From: Chiloscyllium plagiosum
Lineage: Eukaryota
Assembly (NCBI RefSeq): GCF_004010195.1
Contig: NC_057754.1
Location: 7,583,546-7,647,545 of the forward strand
Length of the DNA stretch: 64,000 bases
Direction of reading: 5' to 3'
The notes below the pieces were generated by a model. The model did no database searches, was not told the DNA's origin, and was given only the letters and a program-made list of their open reading frames with translations. Both the position numbers and the translations under genes were made by a program. Shown here in pieces: positions 10,922 through 23,394 of the stretch; the first letter of the stretch is position 1, and every line of letters begins with the position of its first letter.

Positions 10922-13045
10922 TGTTATGAAGTTGAAAGAGTGAATGTTTACTTTAAAATAGTGTTTTCTGATTTTTGGATTGAATTTAAAGTGCAGGATC
11001 AGCTGCCTGAACAGAACGACTGGGAAATGGAATGTTCCAAAATAGATAGATGTAACAATTGGCTGTTTAAGGGATACCCGAGTTTTGGTTGCTGTTTGAC
11101 AACAATTCAAATTTAACCATATAATTTTGTTATGAAGATGTGAATGTACTGTGTCTTTAAGAGAGTTAGAAGCAAGTGTTCTGAAAAGAAATAGAATGTA
11201 ACATTTGGTCGAACAATTTGATTACCTGGTTGCCTGGAAATGACAAAACAGATTCAAATTAGGCCAATCAGTTTAAATTATACCCTGGAAAATACCAAAC
11301 CCCAATCCAGTTTGAATTTAGTACACTTGCAATCTTAAAAGCCAATAACACAATCTGAAGCTTTGGGGGTATAAGACTGGGGAAAATTGAACAGTTGAGA
11401 GGAGAACTGCTAAGCCCCAGCATGTAAAAAGACTGCCCAAAAAATATCTTTATTGATCAGTAACCTGTGAAGCAGAAAACCTGAAGAAGACCGAGAGAAC
11501 AAAAGCTGCCTGGACTTGAGATGTTTTGTTTTGTAAATCGTAATTGGGAGTTTTATCAGACTACTACTTTAGAAGGGAAGGTAACAAATAGGTTAGAGTA
11601 GGGCTTATCAAATTTTCACAGATTACTGCATGGGATAGATCTTTTCTGTGTTGCTGGTTTTAAATTAAGCAGGAGGGTTTACCCCGTGTCACAACAATTT
11701 CAATTATACCCAGAGTACTAAAACCCAATCGAGTTTGAATTTAGTGTTTTAACAACATCAAACCAATGAAGGGGAACGATGTTGGAGGTGTTAAAAATGC
11801 AGGCATTTTGAAAATTGGTCAGAACAACTGCCACTGATCAGCACAACACCTGCCGTAGAACTGCCTATCTAACAACATGCTCTCAAAGAAATAAGGCAGC
11901 CCTTTAACAAAAGGTTCCTTTTCCTGTACAAGCAAAACGACAACCCAGGGAGCTCAGAAGACGGAAAAGTGAAGACAGTGAAGATGACAGAGACTCTGTG
12001 GATTTGAGATTAAGTTAATGTAATGTTTAAATAGTGGGTTACTGGAACAGCATGTTAATAGGATTGTGTTCAGTTAAGGGAAAGCGTGTTCGGTTTGTTA
12101 GTAGTTTTGCTTAGTGTTCACTATTAGAGTTAGGAAAATAAATTATTTTTCTTTAAATAGTGGAAATTAAGAGTTCTCTGTCACTCACACATTTCAACAG
12201 ATTATGAGGTGAGGCGAGCTTTTAGATTAGATTAGATTCCCTACAGTGTTGAAACAGGCCCTTCGGTCCAACAAGTCTACACCGACCCTCTGAAGAGTAA
12301 CCCACCTCGACCCTGTATTTACCCTTGCCTTGTGGGAGGAAACCGGAGCACCCAGAAAAAACCCACGCAGACACGGGGAGAATGTGCAAACTCCACACAG
12401 ACAGTCGCCCGAGGCTTGAATCGAACCCGGATCCCCGGTGCTGTGAAGCAGCAGTGCTAACCACTGAGTACCGTGCCACCCTAAGATGTTACAGGCAGTG
12501 CCTCACAGACCGCTGGGATCCTTCAGCGCCCTGGGGTCTGCAGTGAAGGCTGGAGTGAGGATTCAAACTGCAAATATTAACCAAGTCAGACCAGCCATTG
12601 AATGGGACAGCAACACAATGGCTGAATGGCCTACTTACATATAGAGTTATAGAATCCCTACAGTGTGGAAACAGGCCCTTCAGCCGAACAAGTCCACACC
12701 GACCCTCTGAAGAGTATCCCACCCAAATCCATTCCCCCTACCCTATTACTCTACATTTACCCCAGATTAATGCACCTAACCTGCACGTCTCTGAATGCTA
12801 TGGGTCATTTATCATGGCCAATCCACCCGAACCTACTATCTTTGGACTGTGGGAGGGAACCAGAGCACCTGGAGGAAACCCCACACAGACACAAGGATAG
12901 AATGTGCAAACTCCACACAGACACCCGAGAGTGGAATCGAACTCGGGTCCCTGGCGATGTGAGGCAGCAGGGCTAACCCACTGTGCCACCCTTTTCTGGG
13001 TGCTTGGTTTTAATTAACAGAGGGGTTCGATCTCTGCCTAATATG
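10922..13045 (+). mobile_element. Nested solo-LTR-like elements carrying a SINE-spacer-SINE insert (12224-12990)
   Basis: tgttatgaag starts at 10922 and 11128; related copies in reverse orientation at ~25050-25600 and ~30225-30705. Confidence 0.55.
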
Positions 13046-14189
13046 AAGACGACAAGATAATCACAGAGGTGGCAAAGTATGCAGAACAATGGTCAAAACG
13101 TTGTTGGAGCGAAAGCTCCCCTCCCCCGCTCAAGGGGCCAAATTCCCCGGGAGAAGTCTCAACCTTAGAAACACTCAGGGCGAGGGAGTTCGAGGGAGGA
13201 ATGAGACGCAGAATTTCTGTCGAAAACTGACTTGGTGAATGACTTAATGCCAACAATTCATTGGTGAACGTACACAATATGGAATGATTCAACACAGAGA
13301 AGCCAGTTCTGTTTTTCTTTAAATGTAATGTTCTGCACTGTAAAATAATTTAAACAAGAGTTAACCAGCAAGACAATACAAACAAAGTCATCAGTGCCCT
13401 TCCCACGTTCTGATCACCATGCTGGTGGACTCAGACCTCCCCACAGTTGCCACGGAAACTGGGCTCAAAACACAAACGAGCGACAAAATGCCAACAGGAG
13501 GCACCCTGGGCAAGACCACGGCTTGTGCCGCGTGCCACAAATCACCACACCCACAAACAAAGTGATGGGGCAGGGAGGTAAAGAGGGAGGTAAAGAGAGA
13601 GGTGGGGGAGAGAGGAGGTGTCAGATAAGTGACAGGGAGGGTCAGGGAGGTAAAGGAAGGATGGGGAGGGTATGCGACAGGAGGAAGGAGGATGGGAGAG
13701 GGAGTCAGTGGGAGAAATGGACTGGCAGGTTGGAAAGCACAGGGAAGAAGGGGGCGAAAGACAGATAGAGACAGCTGGAAAAAAGGATGGTTCAATAAAG
13801 GGAGAGAGATGGTTCTATCGCATCAGTACAGGCATCCCGAACACTGCTCAGAAATGAAAGTGACCATCTTCGCCACAACAGGCCTGTGAAACCAAGTGGA
13901 GTTTGTGACGGAAGTGATCCAGAATTGTGTCCCCATGTCCACAAGAAAAGACATTTACATTTTATCAAAGCGAACGTTTTCCCAGGTGACATTTCTCTAC
14001 TCCCGGCGTTCAGGACGTTAGCCACCGCGTTCAAACTCTGTTTATACCATCCAGTACTCTTCCATCTCTCAAAATACAAACCAAACACAGCAGGTGTCAG
14101 ACGGCCTGTGTGACAATCACATTGAGATAGGTGGGGGTGGTGCTGTAGTGACAGGGGGAGGGGGGGTGTGGGGAGCTGGGGTAGCGGTG

Positions 14190-14324
14190 TCAATCCGCAG
14201 TAAATATTCGGCAGGATATGTCATCCATCAGCCAGTCAATTCCAGCCAGCAGGTTCTCCCCAGTCACTGCGCTGCAGTCTCGGATACACCAATGGTGGGT
14301 CTTAATACTGTCAAGGTCCAGCGT
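14190..14324 (-). CDS. ARL2: ARL2 exon 5 to stop ([44 protein letters not shown])
   Basis: CSA G5 motif; TGA at 14190-14192. The five exons sum to 555 nt = 184 aa + stop. Confidence 0.97.
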   Translation of the reverse strand, partial: TLDLDSIKTHHWCIRDCSAVTGENLLAGIDWLMDDISCRIFTAD

Positions 14325-14739
14325 CTGTGAAACAAAGTGGAGGTAGGGAGGGTGTTAGGAGGTGTGAGAAAAACACATCAACGACAATTTGCAATCACGC
14401 ATGTGCCACTCACAGAATGAAACGTCCCAAACATTTCACGGCAAGCAACGTCGCGGTATATTTTGACAGGATACCAAAAGAAACTGGCACCCCAGAGGAG
14501 GAGAAGGGGAGAGGTTTAGGGAGGGAATTCCAGAGTTTAGGGAGCCAGGCTAGCACAGCTCCTGAAATGGTGATAATGACGGGAATCGAGGGGACGCTGA
14601 AGAGGCCAGATTAGAGGAGCGTGGAGATTTCAGAAGGTTGGATGAGCACTTCAGACACACTCCTGTTCATATACGTTCTTCACACACTAGCTGAGTGACA
14701 GGAGACAAGAGAGTTGGGTGGAGTGGGGTTGGGGTGGTG

Positions 14740-15990
14740 AATGATCAGGCTCTAACCAGAAGGATATAAGGAGTGGAGTTCTATAGGCTCTGTTTTGAGA
14801 CCTCAGCTCTTCATTGCCTTTACTAACAATTCAAGATGATGGGATAGGGAATCACATATCTACATTTTCCAATGATATTGTGCACAGTGCAAATGATAAG
14901 GAAGTGCTAAGAAATTCAGTGAAACAGAGGTAAATGGAATTCTATGGGGTTATATGTGACATCGTTCACTTTGGAGCTAAAAGAGGTAGAACGGTGGTCT
15001 TTGTAAATGGGAAAGGCTTGAAGTGGTGGAGGACCACAGAGACTTTGGGGGTCCTGGTAAACAGATCATTCAAGTGTCCCGAACACAGTCAGAAAATAAT
15101 CAGGAAGGCTGATTATTTGGTTGTCATCTGGCTGGCAATCAGTAACTAGTGGTGTGCCTCAGGGATCAGCATTGAGACCACAATTAGTCACAGTTTACAG
15201 AGATGATTTGGAGTTGGGGACTGCATGTAGTGTGTCAAAGTGTGCACATGACACGAAGATGAGTGTGCAGAGGAACATTGATACTTTAAGTGAATGGGCA
15301 TTGGTCTGGCGGGTGGAATTAAGGACTGTTACTTGAAAACAGTTAAAAAGTTTCAGCACGCTGCTATGCAGAGGGACCTGGTCTGCAGGTACAACAGGTA
15401 ATTAGGAAGGCAAATGGAATTTTGTCCTTCATTGCTAAAGGGATTGATTTTAAAAGCAGGGAGGTTATGTTGCAGCTGTATAGCGTGCTGGTGAGGGCAC
15501 ACCTGGAGTACTGTATGCAGTTTTGGTCTCCTTACTTGAGAAAGGATGTACTGGCACTAGAGGTGGTGCAGAGGAGGTTCACTAGGTTGATTCCGGAGTT
15601 GAGGGGGTTGGCTTATGAGGAGAGACTGATTATACTCATTGGAATTTGGATGAAAGGGGGGGGTGGAAATCTTATAGAAACATATAAAATAATGAAAGGA
15701 ATACATAAGATAGATGTAGAGAGGAATGTTTCCCACTGGTGGGTGAAACTAGGACAAGAGGGTACAACCTCAAAATGAGGGGGAGCAGGTTTCAGATTGA
15801 ATTGAGAAGGAACGCCTTCACAAGGAACGGGTTATGAATCCGTGGAATTCCCTGCCCAGTGAAGTAATTGAGGCTACTTCAGTAAGTGTTTTTAAAGGTA
15901 AGATAGATATGTTTTTGTACAATAAAAGAATTAAGGGTTACGGTGGGAGGGCAGGCAAGTAAAGCTGAGGCCACTAAATACCCGAAGAGT
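14740..15990 (+). mobile_element. CR1 LINE fragments in ARL2 intron 4
   Basis: VTSGVPQGS and HLEYCMQFWSPYLRKD peptides. Confidence 0.85.
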
Positions 15991-16231
15991 CATTACTGAG
16001 CAAATGAATGCTGTATTTTGAAAAAGGTGGGGGGGATGGGGTTGGGTGTTTGAAGGCCTTTGGAGGAAAAGGGGAGGAGGAAATCGATTAAGGATTGAAA
16101 GGGCTCATCTCACTGAATACAAAGCGAGGATGGTGATAATGGGCCTGCAGATGGGTAGACAGAAAACAGGGTGGCTCTGTCTGCTCAGAGGCTCCTGTGA
16201 GCGTGAAAACATTGTCCAAACCAGCTCTTAC

Positions 16232-16312
16232 ATCTTTAATGGCATCCGAGGTCAGTGCTCCAGGCAGATCCTGCTTGTTGGCGAACACCAAGAGAGTAGC
16301 TCCAGCCAGACG
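16232..16312 (-). CDS. ARL2: ARL2 exon 4 ([27 protein letters not shown])
   Basis: NKQD G4 motif; 81 nt; cag acceptor and gtaaga donor. Confidence 0.97.
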
Positions 16313-16891
16313 CTGTACAAAAGAGGAAGCAGATCATAGAGAGTTGTTAAACAATATTTGACACTGCAAAGGGTCGGTCAGAGGGCGAGAAACCTTCCGC
16401 AGGAGCAGGCAGCTCTCCTACACTCTGAGCCAAGCTACCATTCTTTTCTTTGGCATGTGACATGGGGTATTCAGCTGTGAAAGGCTTCACGTTCAGGACC
16501 ACAATCTTCACTTTCAGAAGACTGGTCAGATGTTCACAGACTATGTTCACAGACAGAGGATGTCAGCAGATATCGGTCACTTCCAACACCCGTAGCCCAG
16601 CTCCAAAACCCACTGCCCCGTTACCCGCATCCCACAGGTCCCTCAGTACCAACGTAGGGCCACCAAGCCAGAGCAACTCAGGCACAGCTGAGTACGTTCC
16701 CAGAGATGGCTGGCTAAATCAACATTGGGAGTATGTTTGGTTTTGGGGGGGCGGGAACAGCTATACACATGCCCAGTCCTTTTGTTTAAGAAACATTCCT
16801 CTGACTGTACTTAACAGCCAACACATAGTGCCTCCCCTTTAATCACAACCAATCACAAGGTGCACTGACATGACAAGCGCAGTGCTCCCCC

Positions 16892-17920
16892 CACACTGAC
16901 CCTCCGACAGTGCGGCGCTCCCTCGGTACTGACCCTCCGTCAGTGCGGCGCTCCCTCNNNNNNNNNNNNNNNNNNNNNNNNNNNNNNNNCCCACTCCCTC
17001 ATCACTGACCCTCCGACAGTGCGGCGCTCCCTCAGCAGTGACCCTCCAACAGTGCCCACTCCCTCAGCACTGACCCTCCGACAGTGCGGCGCTCCATCAG
17101 CTCTGACCCTCCGACAGAGCGGCGCTCCCTCAGCACTGTCCCTCGGACAGTGCCCACTCCCTCAGCACTGACCCTCTGACAGTACCCACTCCCTNNNNNN
17201 NNNNNNNNNNNNNNNNNNNNNNNNNNNNNNNNNNNNNNNNNNNNNNNNNNNNNNNCAGTGCGGCGCTCCCTCAGCAGTGACCCTCCGACAGTGCGGCGCT
17301 GCCCCTGTACTGACCCTCCGACAGTGCGGCGCTCCCTCAGCACTGACCCTCCCACAGTGTGGCACTCCCTCAATACTGACCCTCCGACAGCGAGGTGCTC
17401 CCTCAGCACTTACCCTCCGACAGTGCGGCACTCCCTCAGTACTGATCCTCCGACAGTGCGGCACTCCCTCAGCACTGACCCGCCCACAGTGCGGCGCTCC
17501 CTCAGCACTGACCCGCCCAAAGTGCGGCGCTCCCTCAGCACTGACCCTCCGATAGCGTGGCGCTCCCTCAGCACTGACCCTCCGACAGCGTGGCGCTCCC
17601 TCAGACTGACCCTCCGACAGTGCGGCACTCCCTCAGCACTGACCCTCCGACAGTGCGGCACTCCCTCAGCACTGAACCTCCCATAGTACGGCACTCCCTC
17701 AGTACTGACCCTCCGACAGTGCGGCGCTCCCTCAGCACTGACCCTCCGACAGTGTGGCGCTCCCTCAGCACTGACCCTCCCACAGTGCGGCACTCTCTCA
17801 GTACTGACCCTCTGACAGTGCGGCACTCCCTCAGCACTGACCCTCTCACAGTGCGGCACTCCCTCAGTACTGACCCTCTGACAGTGCGGCACTCGCCCGC
17901 ACTCACCCTCCGACAGCAGG
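16892..17920. repeat. 33-bp minisatellite (CTGACCCTCCGACAGTGCGGCGCTCCCTCAGCA)n in ARL2 intron 3, with two internal gaps
   Basis: About 25-30 tandem units read directly. Confidence 0.95.
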
Positions 17921-18156
17921 GCGTTCCACCAGCCCTAACCTTCAGACTGTATGTGACTGGGGAACGTTAACCTATAGAGTCAAGCCTGTCCAATTTGGGC
18001 TGTACAGATTCCCAAGCCTGGTCCCAACTGGTGACCAGTGAGTTGCGCAAAGGACAACCCTGCCTTTCAGAAGATCCCGTAGCCCAAGTCCCAGGCAATC
18101 TTCGATTTCCCAACCTGCACCCTTGCGCACCACCACCCAGATTATCAGGTTTGTAC

Positions 18157-18319
18157 CTCTTCCTGTAGTAGGACGGAGAGCTCGCTTCTGCAATCGTCCA
18201 GTCGCAACCGATCGGCACTGTCCACCACCCAGATTAGACCATCTGTGCTCTCAAAGTAGTTCCTCCAGTACGATCGCAGTGACTTCTGACCTCCCACGTC
18301 CCAGATATTGAGTTTGAAA
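18157..18319 (-). CDS. ARL2: ARL2 exon 3 ([54 protein letters not shown])
   Basis: WDVGGQ switch II motif; 163 nt; cag acceptor and gtacaa donor. Confidence 0.97.
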
Positions 18320-18581
18320 CTGGGGAAGGGAAAAGGATCTTGTTACAGAGACCAATCGGAGAGCATTGGTTGCTCAATCCAGAGTGCACTAAGAATGGCA
18401 CTCACAACCAAATAATGATGAGCCTCAGGCTCGTGACGTGGCTCACTTGCACCTTTTTGGAGGTTATACATGTTCACATTTGGGACATTGATAAAGACCG
18501 GCGGGGGGGGGGGTGCTGGTTTCCTGGGGCACTCCCCTTGGCAGACAATTTGCCAATCACTCTTCTCATACAAGTCAAATT

Positions 18582-18945
18582 TGGCAGCACTGCTGCCTCA
18601 CAGCACCAGGGTCCCAGGTTCGATCCCACCCTCGGGTGACCGTCTGTGTGGAATTTGCACTTTCACCCTCGTGTCTGCGTGGGGTTTCCTCCAGGTGCTC
18701 CGGTTTCCAGAGATGTGCAGGTTAGGGTGGATTGGCCATGATAAATTGTCCCATAGTGCCCAGGGATGTGCAGGTTAGGGTGGATTGGCTATGCTAAATT
18801 GCCCCATAGTGTCCAGGGATGTGCAGGTTAGGTGCATTAGTCAGGGGTAAATGTCAAGTGATGGGGAATGGGTTTGGGTGAATGACTCTTTGAAGTGGGT
18901 TTGTTGGGCCGAAGGGCCTGTTTCCACACTGGAGGGATTCTATGA
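18582..18945 (+). mobile_element. HE1-like SINE with ~2.5 copies of the internal 53-bp unit
   Basis: B box ggttcgatccc; CR1-like tail. Confidence 0.85.
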
Positions 18946-19304
18946 TGATCTATAAAATGACTGGTCCCTCTGAAATCTGGCATTCTTGTATCTGTCCTGG
19001 CGAGTGCAAGACAAGAAGATTTGGAAGCATGTTTTTTTTACATCAGCAAGACTCAACAGCGTGCTGTGGCTGTGTCGCAAAAGGATGGGAAAGCAAGACC
19101 AGCTTCTGAGAGTACCCGACCTCCATGTGGTAGCCGATTCCCAATACCACATGTGGGCGTCCTGTCCTGAGAAGGGAATGTGTTGATGTACGAGGGGAGA
19201 ATCCTCACCCGATTTTTCTCTGTACAATTCCCCAGAGAGAGTTAATACCATTCCCTGAAACCCCGTTGGATCAGACAGAGGAACAGCGGTTCTGTAAATC
19301 TTAC

Positions 19305-19415
19305 TTTCTGTGCTCCAGGGTCTTAATGTTGAATCCCAATGTGGGCGAGATGGTGTCGATATCTTCTCCATTGAACTTTTTGAGGATGGTTGTCTTGCCG
19401 GCATTGTCTAGTCCA
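19305..19415 (-). CDS. ARL2: ARL2 exon 2 ([36 protein letters not shown])
   Basis: P-loop GLDNAGKT; 111 nt; cag acceptor and gtaaga donor; phase 2-2. Confidence 0.97.
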
Positions 19416-19774
19416 CTGGGCCGTGTGTTAAGGGAGAGCAAGGACTGTAATGTGTTGGTGCCTGTCTTATCCCACCGGCTGGAGTAGGGTTAGAGGGAGG
19501 AGAGAGAACTGGAGAAGGGAGAAATCGACGGTTTCTGGGTTATAGGACCCACTGTCCACATCGAGCATGAGAACTCTGATTCTGAACGAGTCCCGCTCAG
19601 AGTACAAATGCGTTACCAGTTACCAATGAATAAATCAGGGTAAATAATCCACAGTAGATATAACATTGCAACAGGAGCAGGTTATTCAGCCCCTCTGAGA
19701 TGTTCTGCCATTCATTTAGTCCAGAAGACCTCACGACTAAAGGATTGCAAACTGAACTCCACAAGATCAGAATT

Positions 19775-20885
19775 AGAAAGTGTAAAGGTGAGAGGGGAAA
19801 GATTTAAAAAGGACTGAGGGGTAAGTTTTTTCTCGCAGAGGGTGGTGCGTGTATGGAACGAGCTGCCAGAGGAAATGGTGGAGGCTGGTACAATGACATT
19901 TAAAAGGCACCTGGATGGGTACATGAATAGGAAGGGTTTAGAGGGATATGGGCCAAACGCTGACAAATGGGACTCGATTAATTTAGGATATCTGGTCAGC
20001 ATGGACCATTTGGACTGAAGGGTCAGTATCCATACTGTATGAATCTATGACTTTTTTTTTTAAAAGATTAAATTAGCTACAGTGTGGAAACAGGGCATTC
20101 GGCCCAACTCGGAGCAGAATTCGACTCAAGTTCTACTCCATCATTCAATGAGATCGTGGCCGATCTGCTAATCCTCAACTTCACCTTCCAGCCTTTTCCC
20201 CAAAACCCTTGCTTCCCTTTTTGATTAAAAGTCTATCTCAGACTTGAATATACCCAACGACCTAGCCTCAATAGCGCTGTGCAGTACAGAACTGCACAGA
20301 TTCACTACCGTCCAAGAGAAGGAATTCCTCATCGTTGCCTTAAATGGGCTCTCCCAGAAGGGGAAATAGCCTCTCCACATCCACCTTCTCAACTCCCTAA
20401 AAATCTTGCATGCTTCAATACGGTCTCCTCTCATTCATTCAAACTTCAATGAATACAGGTCCAACCTACTCAATGTCCCCTCTTAATATAGTCCCTCCAT
20501 TCAGTTATCAGCCTCGTGAACCTTGGCTGGACTATTTCCAATACCATTATAACTTTCCGTAGATATGGAACTAAGACTGCTCGGTATTCCAGCTGTGGTC
20601 TGACTCGTGCCTTGCATAGTTTTGCAAAACCTCCCGACCTTTACCTTCCCGCCTCAGGCAACTGACTGTGTGGAGTTTGTATGTTCTCCCCATGTCTGCG
20701 TGGGTTTCCTCCAGGTGCTCCGGTTTCCTCCCACAGTCCAAAAACATGCAGGTGAGGTGAATCGGCCATGCTAAATTGCCTGTAGTGTTAGGTGTAGGGG
20801 AATGGGTCTGGGTAGGTTGCTCTTCGGAGGGTCGGAGTGGACCTGTTGGGCCGAAGGGCCTGTTTCCACACTGTAAGTAATCCAT
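19775..20885. mobile_element. CR1 3' fragments (both strands) plus a 5'-truncated SINE (20646-20885, +)
   Basis: CR1 tail motifs; MRGD.IE..KI peptide on the minus strand. Confidence 0.75.
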
Positions 20886-22342
20886 TCCTACTGAAATAAA
20901 GGGCAACACTCCATTTGCCTTCCCTATTACCCGCTGAACCCGGGAACCCTTGCTCTTTGTGATTCACTGGTGTGGATTCCCAAATCCCTCTGTTCTGAAG
21001 CTTTCTGCAGTCTTTCTCCATTTAAATAATATTAGTATCCCCCATGGTTGCTGCCAACCCACATTACATGCCAACTACCAATTTTTGCCAACTGACAATC
21101 CGTCTGTGTGCTTAAATTCCACCCATCTGTCTTTGTTCCATAACCCCCAAACCTCCATACTGGACAATAATCCCAATCTCACTGCCAGCTTTTTTGCCTG
21201 GGAGATTTCCACACCTGGTTATGTGAGGAATACTACCTGACATTCACCCACCTCCCTCCCTGCACTCCCCCGCCCTACCACCACACAACTTAACCTTTTA
21301 ATCCAGGGGAAATTCTGATGAATCTGCACTGTACCTGCCCCCACTCCCAACCCAACAGCCAAAACCTATCCTTTCTGAGGCAGGCCCCCCCCCACCCCGC
21401 CGAGTCAGGCAGCTACCCAGGAACAGAGAAGGAGCTGGATATAATAAAAGCTTTGGCCCATTGAGTTGCATTTGGAGTGCTGGACCAGGAACCTAGAAAC
21501 AGGGTGTAGGACCCTCCATTCAGGCCATCAGGGACAGGCAGCTAGGAGTCAGGCTCAGGAAGCTGGAAGAATACTGTATCCCTCTCCATTTTACTCAGTC
21601 AAACACACACTACTGGACAAACAGGAGTTACCTGCTAGGGCCCTACATCTCAGTCTGCTCACCATATCTGTGAGGCAGAATTGGGCTGTCTGAGCTAAAG
21701 CTAGTCCCAGTTTGACATGACCAATTCACACCAAAACCTCAGTCCAGGTCCTGTCCCGAGTCCTCTCCCAAATATTCAAACCACAATCGCACGATTTCCC
21801 TCCTCCAGAGGCCACATATTTTCCTCTTTCCCACTCAATCTCCCCCTCCCCAGGTCCTGCTGATTCTCCTCATGACCTCATCCATTCCCTAACACCCACT
21901 CCCTCCCAAGATTTCATCCCTGCTCTCTCTTCCAAGACTGTATCCGTTCTTCCCATTGCCCACACTCTGCTTCCCTTTTAGCTGCACAGATCCAGTTCGT
22001 TCTCCCCAGATTCTGCCCCTCATCTCAGCCACACCCACACTCCTCCAGATCCATCCCCTCACTATCACTGGACGAGACTCACTCACCCCAGATCCTGCTC
22101 ACTATCATCCTATCATCACATTTCTCCCACTCATCCTGGACCCTGCTCGCTCATCCCAAACCCCTCCCACTCATCCCAGATCCTGCCCCTCACCCTTGAC
22201 GGACTCATTTTCCTCCAGCTCCCTACCAAAACTATCATCGCTCCACACTCACTCACCCCAGTCTCCACCCTCGCTATCCCTGCACTGCTCTAACTGACAC
22301 CAAACGCCTCCCACTCAACCCAGACCCTTCAAACTCTCCCCA

Positions 22343-23244
22343 NNNNNNNNNNNNNNNNNNNNNNNNNNNNNNNNNNNNNNNNNNNNNNNNNNNNNNNNNN
22401 NNNNNNNNNNNNNNNNNNNNNNNNNNNNNNNNNNNNNNNNNNNNNNNNNNNNNNNNNNNNNNNNNNNNNNNNNNNNNNNNNNNNNNNNNNNNNNNNNNNN
22501 NNNNNNNNNNNNNNNNNNNNNNNNNNNNNNNNNNNNNNNNNNNNNNNNNNNNNNNNNNNNNNNNNNNNNNNNNNNNNNNNNNNNNNNNNNNNNNNNNNNN
22601 NNNNNNNNNNNNNNNNNNNNNNNNNNNNNNNNNNNNNNNNNNNNNNNNNNNNNNNNNNNNNNNNNNNNNNNNNNNNNNNNNNNNNNNNNNNNNNNNNNNN
22701 NNNNNNNNNNNNNNNNNNNNNNNNNNNNNNNNNNNNNNNNNNNNNNNNNNNNNNNNNNNNNNNNNNNNNNNNNNNNNNNNNNNNNNNNNNNNNNNNNNNN
22801 NNNNNNNNNNNNNNNNNNNNNNNNNNNNNNNNNNNNNNNNNNNNNNNNNNNNNNNNNNNNNNNNNNNNNNNNNNNNNNNNNNNNNNNNNNNNNNNNNNNN
22901 NNNNNNNNNNNNNNNNNNNNNNNNNNNNNNNNNNNNNNNNNNNNNNNNNNNNNNNNNNNNNNNNNNNNNNNNNNNNNNNNNNNNNNNNNNNNNNNNNNNN
23001 NNNNNNNNNNNNNNNNNNNNNNNNNNNNNNNNNNNNNNNNNNNNNNNNNNNNNNNNNNNNNNNNNNNNNNNNNNNNNNNNNNNNNNNNNNNNNNNNNNNN
23101 NNNNNNNNNNNNNNNNNNNNNNNNNNNNNNNNNNNNNNNNNNNNNNNNNNNNNNNNNNNNNNNNNNNNNNNNNNNNNNNNNNNNNNNNNNNNNNNNNNNN
23201 NNNNNNNNNNNNNNNNNNNNNNNNNNNNNNNNNNNNNNNNNNNN
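22343..23244. other. Assembly gap (ARL2 intron 1)
   Basis: N run. Confidence 1.
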
Positions 23245-23326
23245 ACGCGGTGTTTTTGAGTGCGGTGATGTATTCCCTCCCTCACCCTCCCCATTTGCCC
23301 CCAGCTTGTCTCCGTGCTCAGGATAC

Positions 23327-23391
23327 AGCATCAGGAGCCGCACCTCCCGCTCTTTCTGCTTCATTTTCTTCAGGATGCTCAGGAGCCCCAT
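23327..23391 (-). CDS. ARL2: ADP-ribosylation factor-like GTPase 2, exon 1 (MGLLSILKKMKQKEREVRLLML)
   Basis: ATG at 23391; 65 nt; gtatcc donor; characteristic ARL2 N-terminus. Confidence 0.96.
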
Positions 23392-23394
23392 CCC

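Noticed and set aside
16892..17970. CRISPR-like array or repetitive ORFs
   Set aside because: Contiguous tandem units without unique spacers, eukaryotic intron, no cas genes; ORFs arise from the 33-bp period
18130..18236. 15-nt copy of ARL2 exon 3 sequence (ccaccacccagatta) just inside intron 3
   Set aside because: Too short to support an alternative exon; no splice signals; probably a small local duplication or chance
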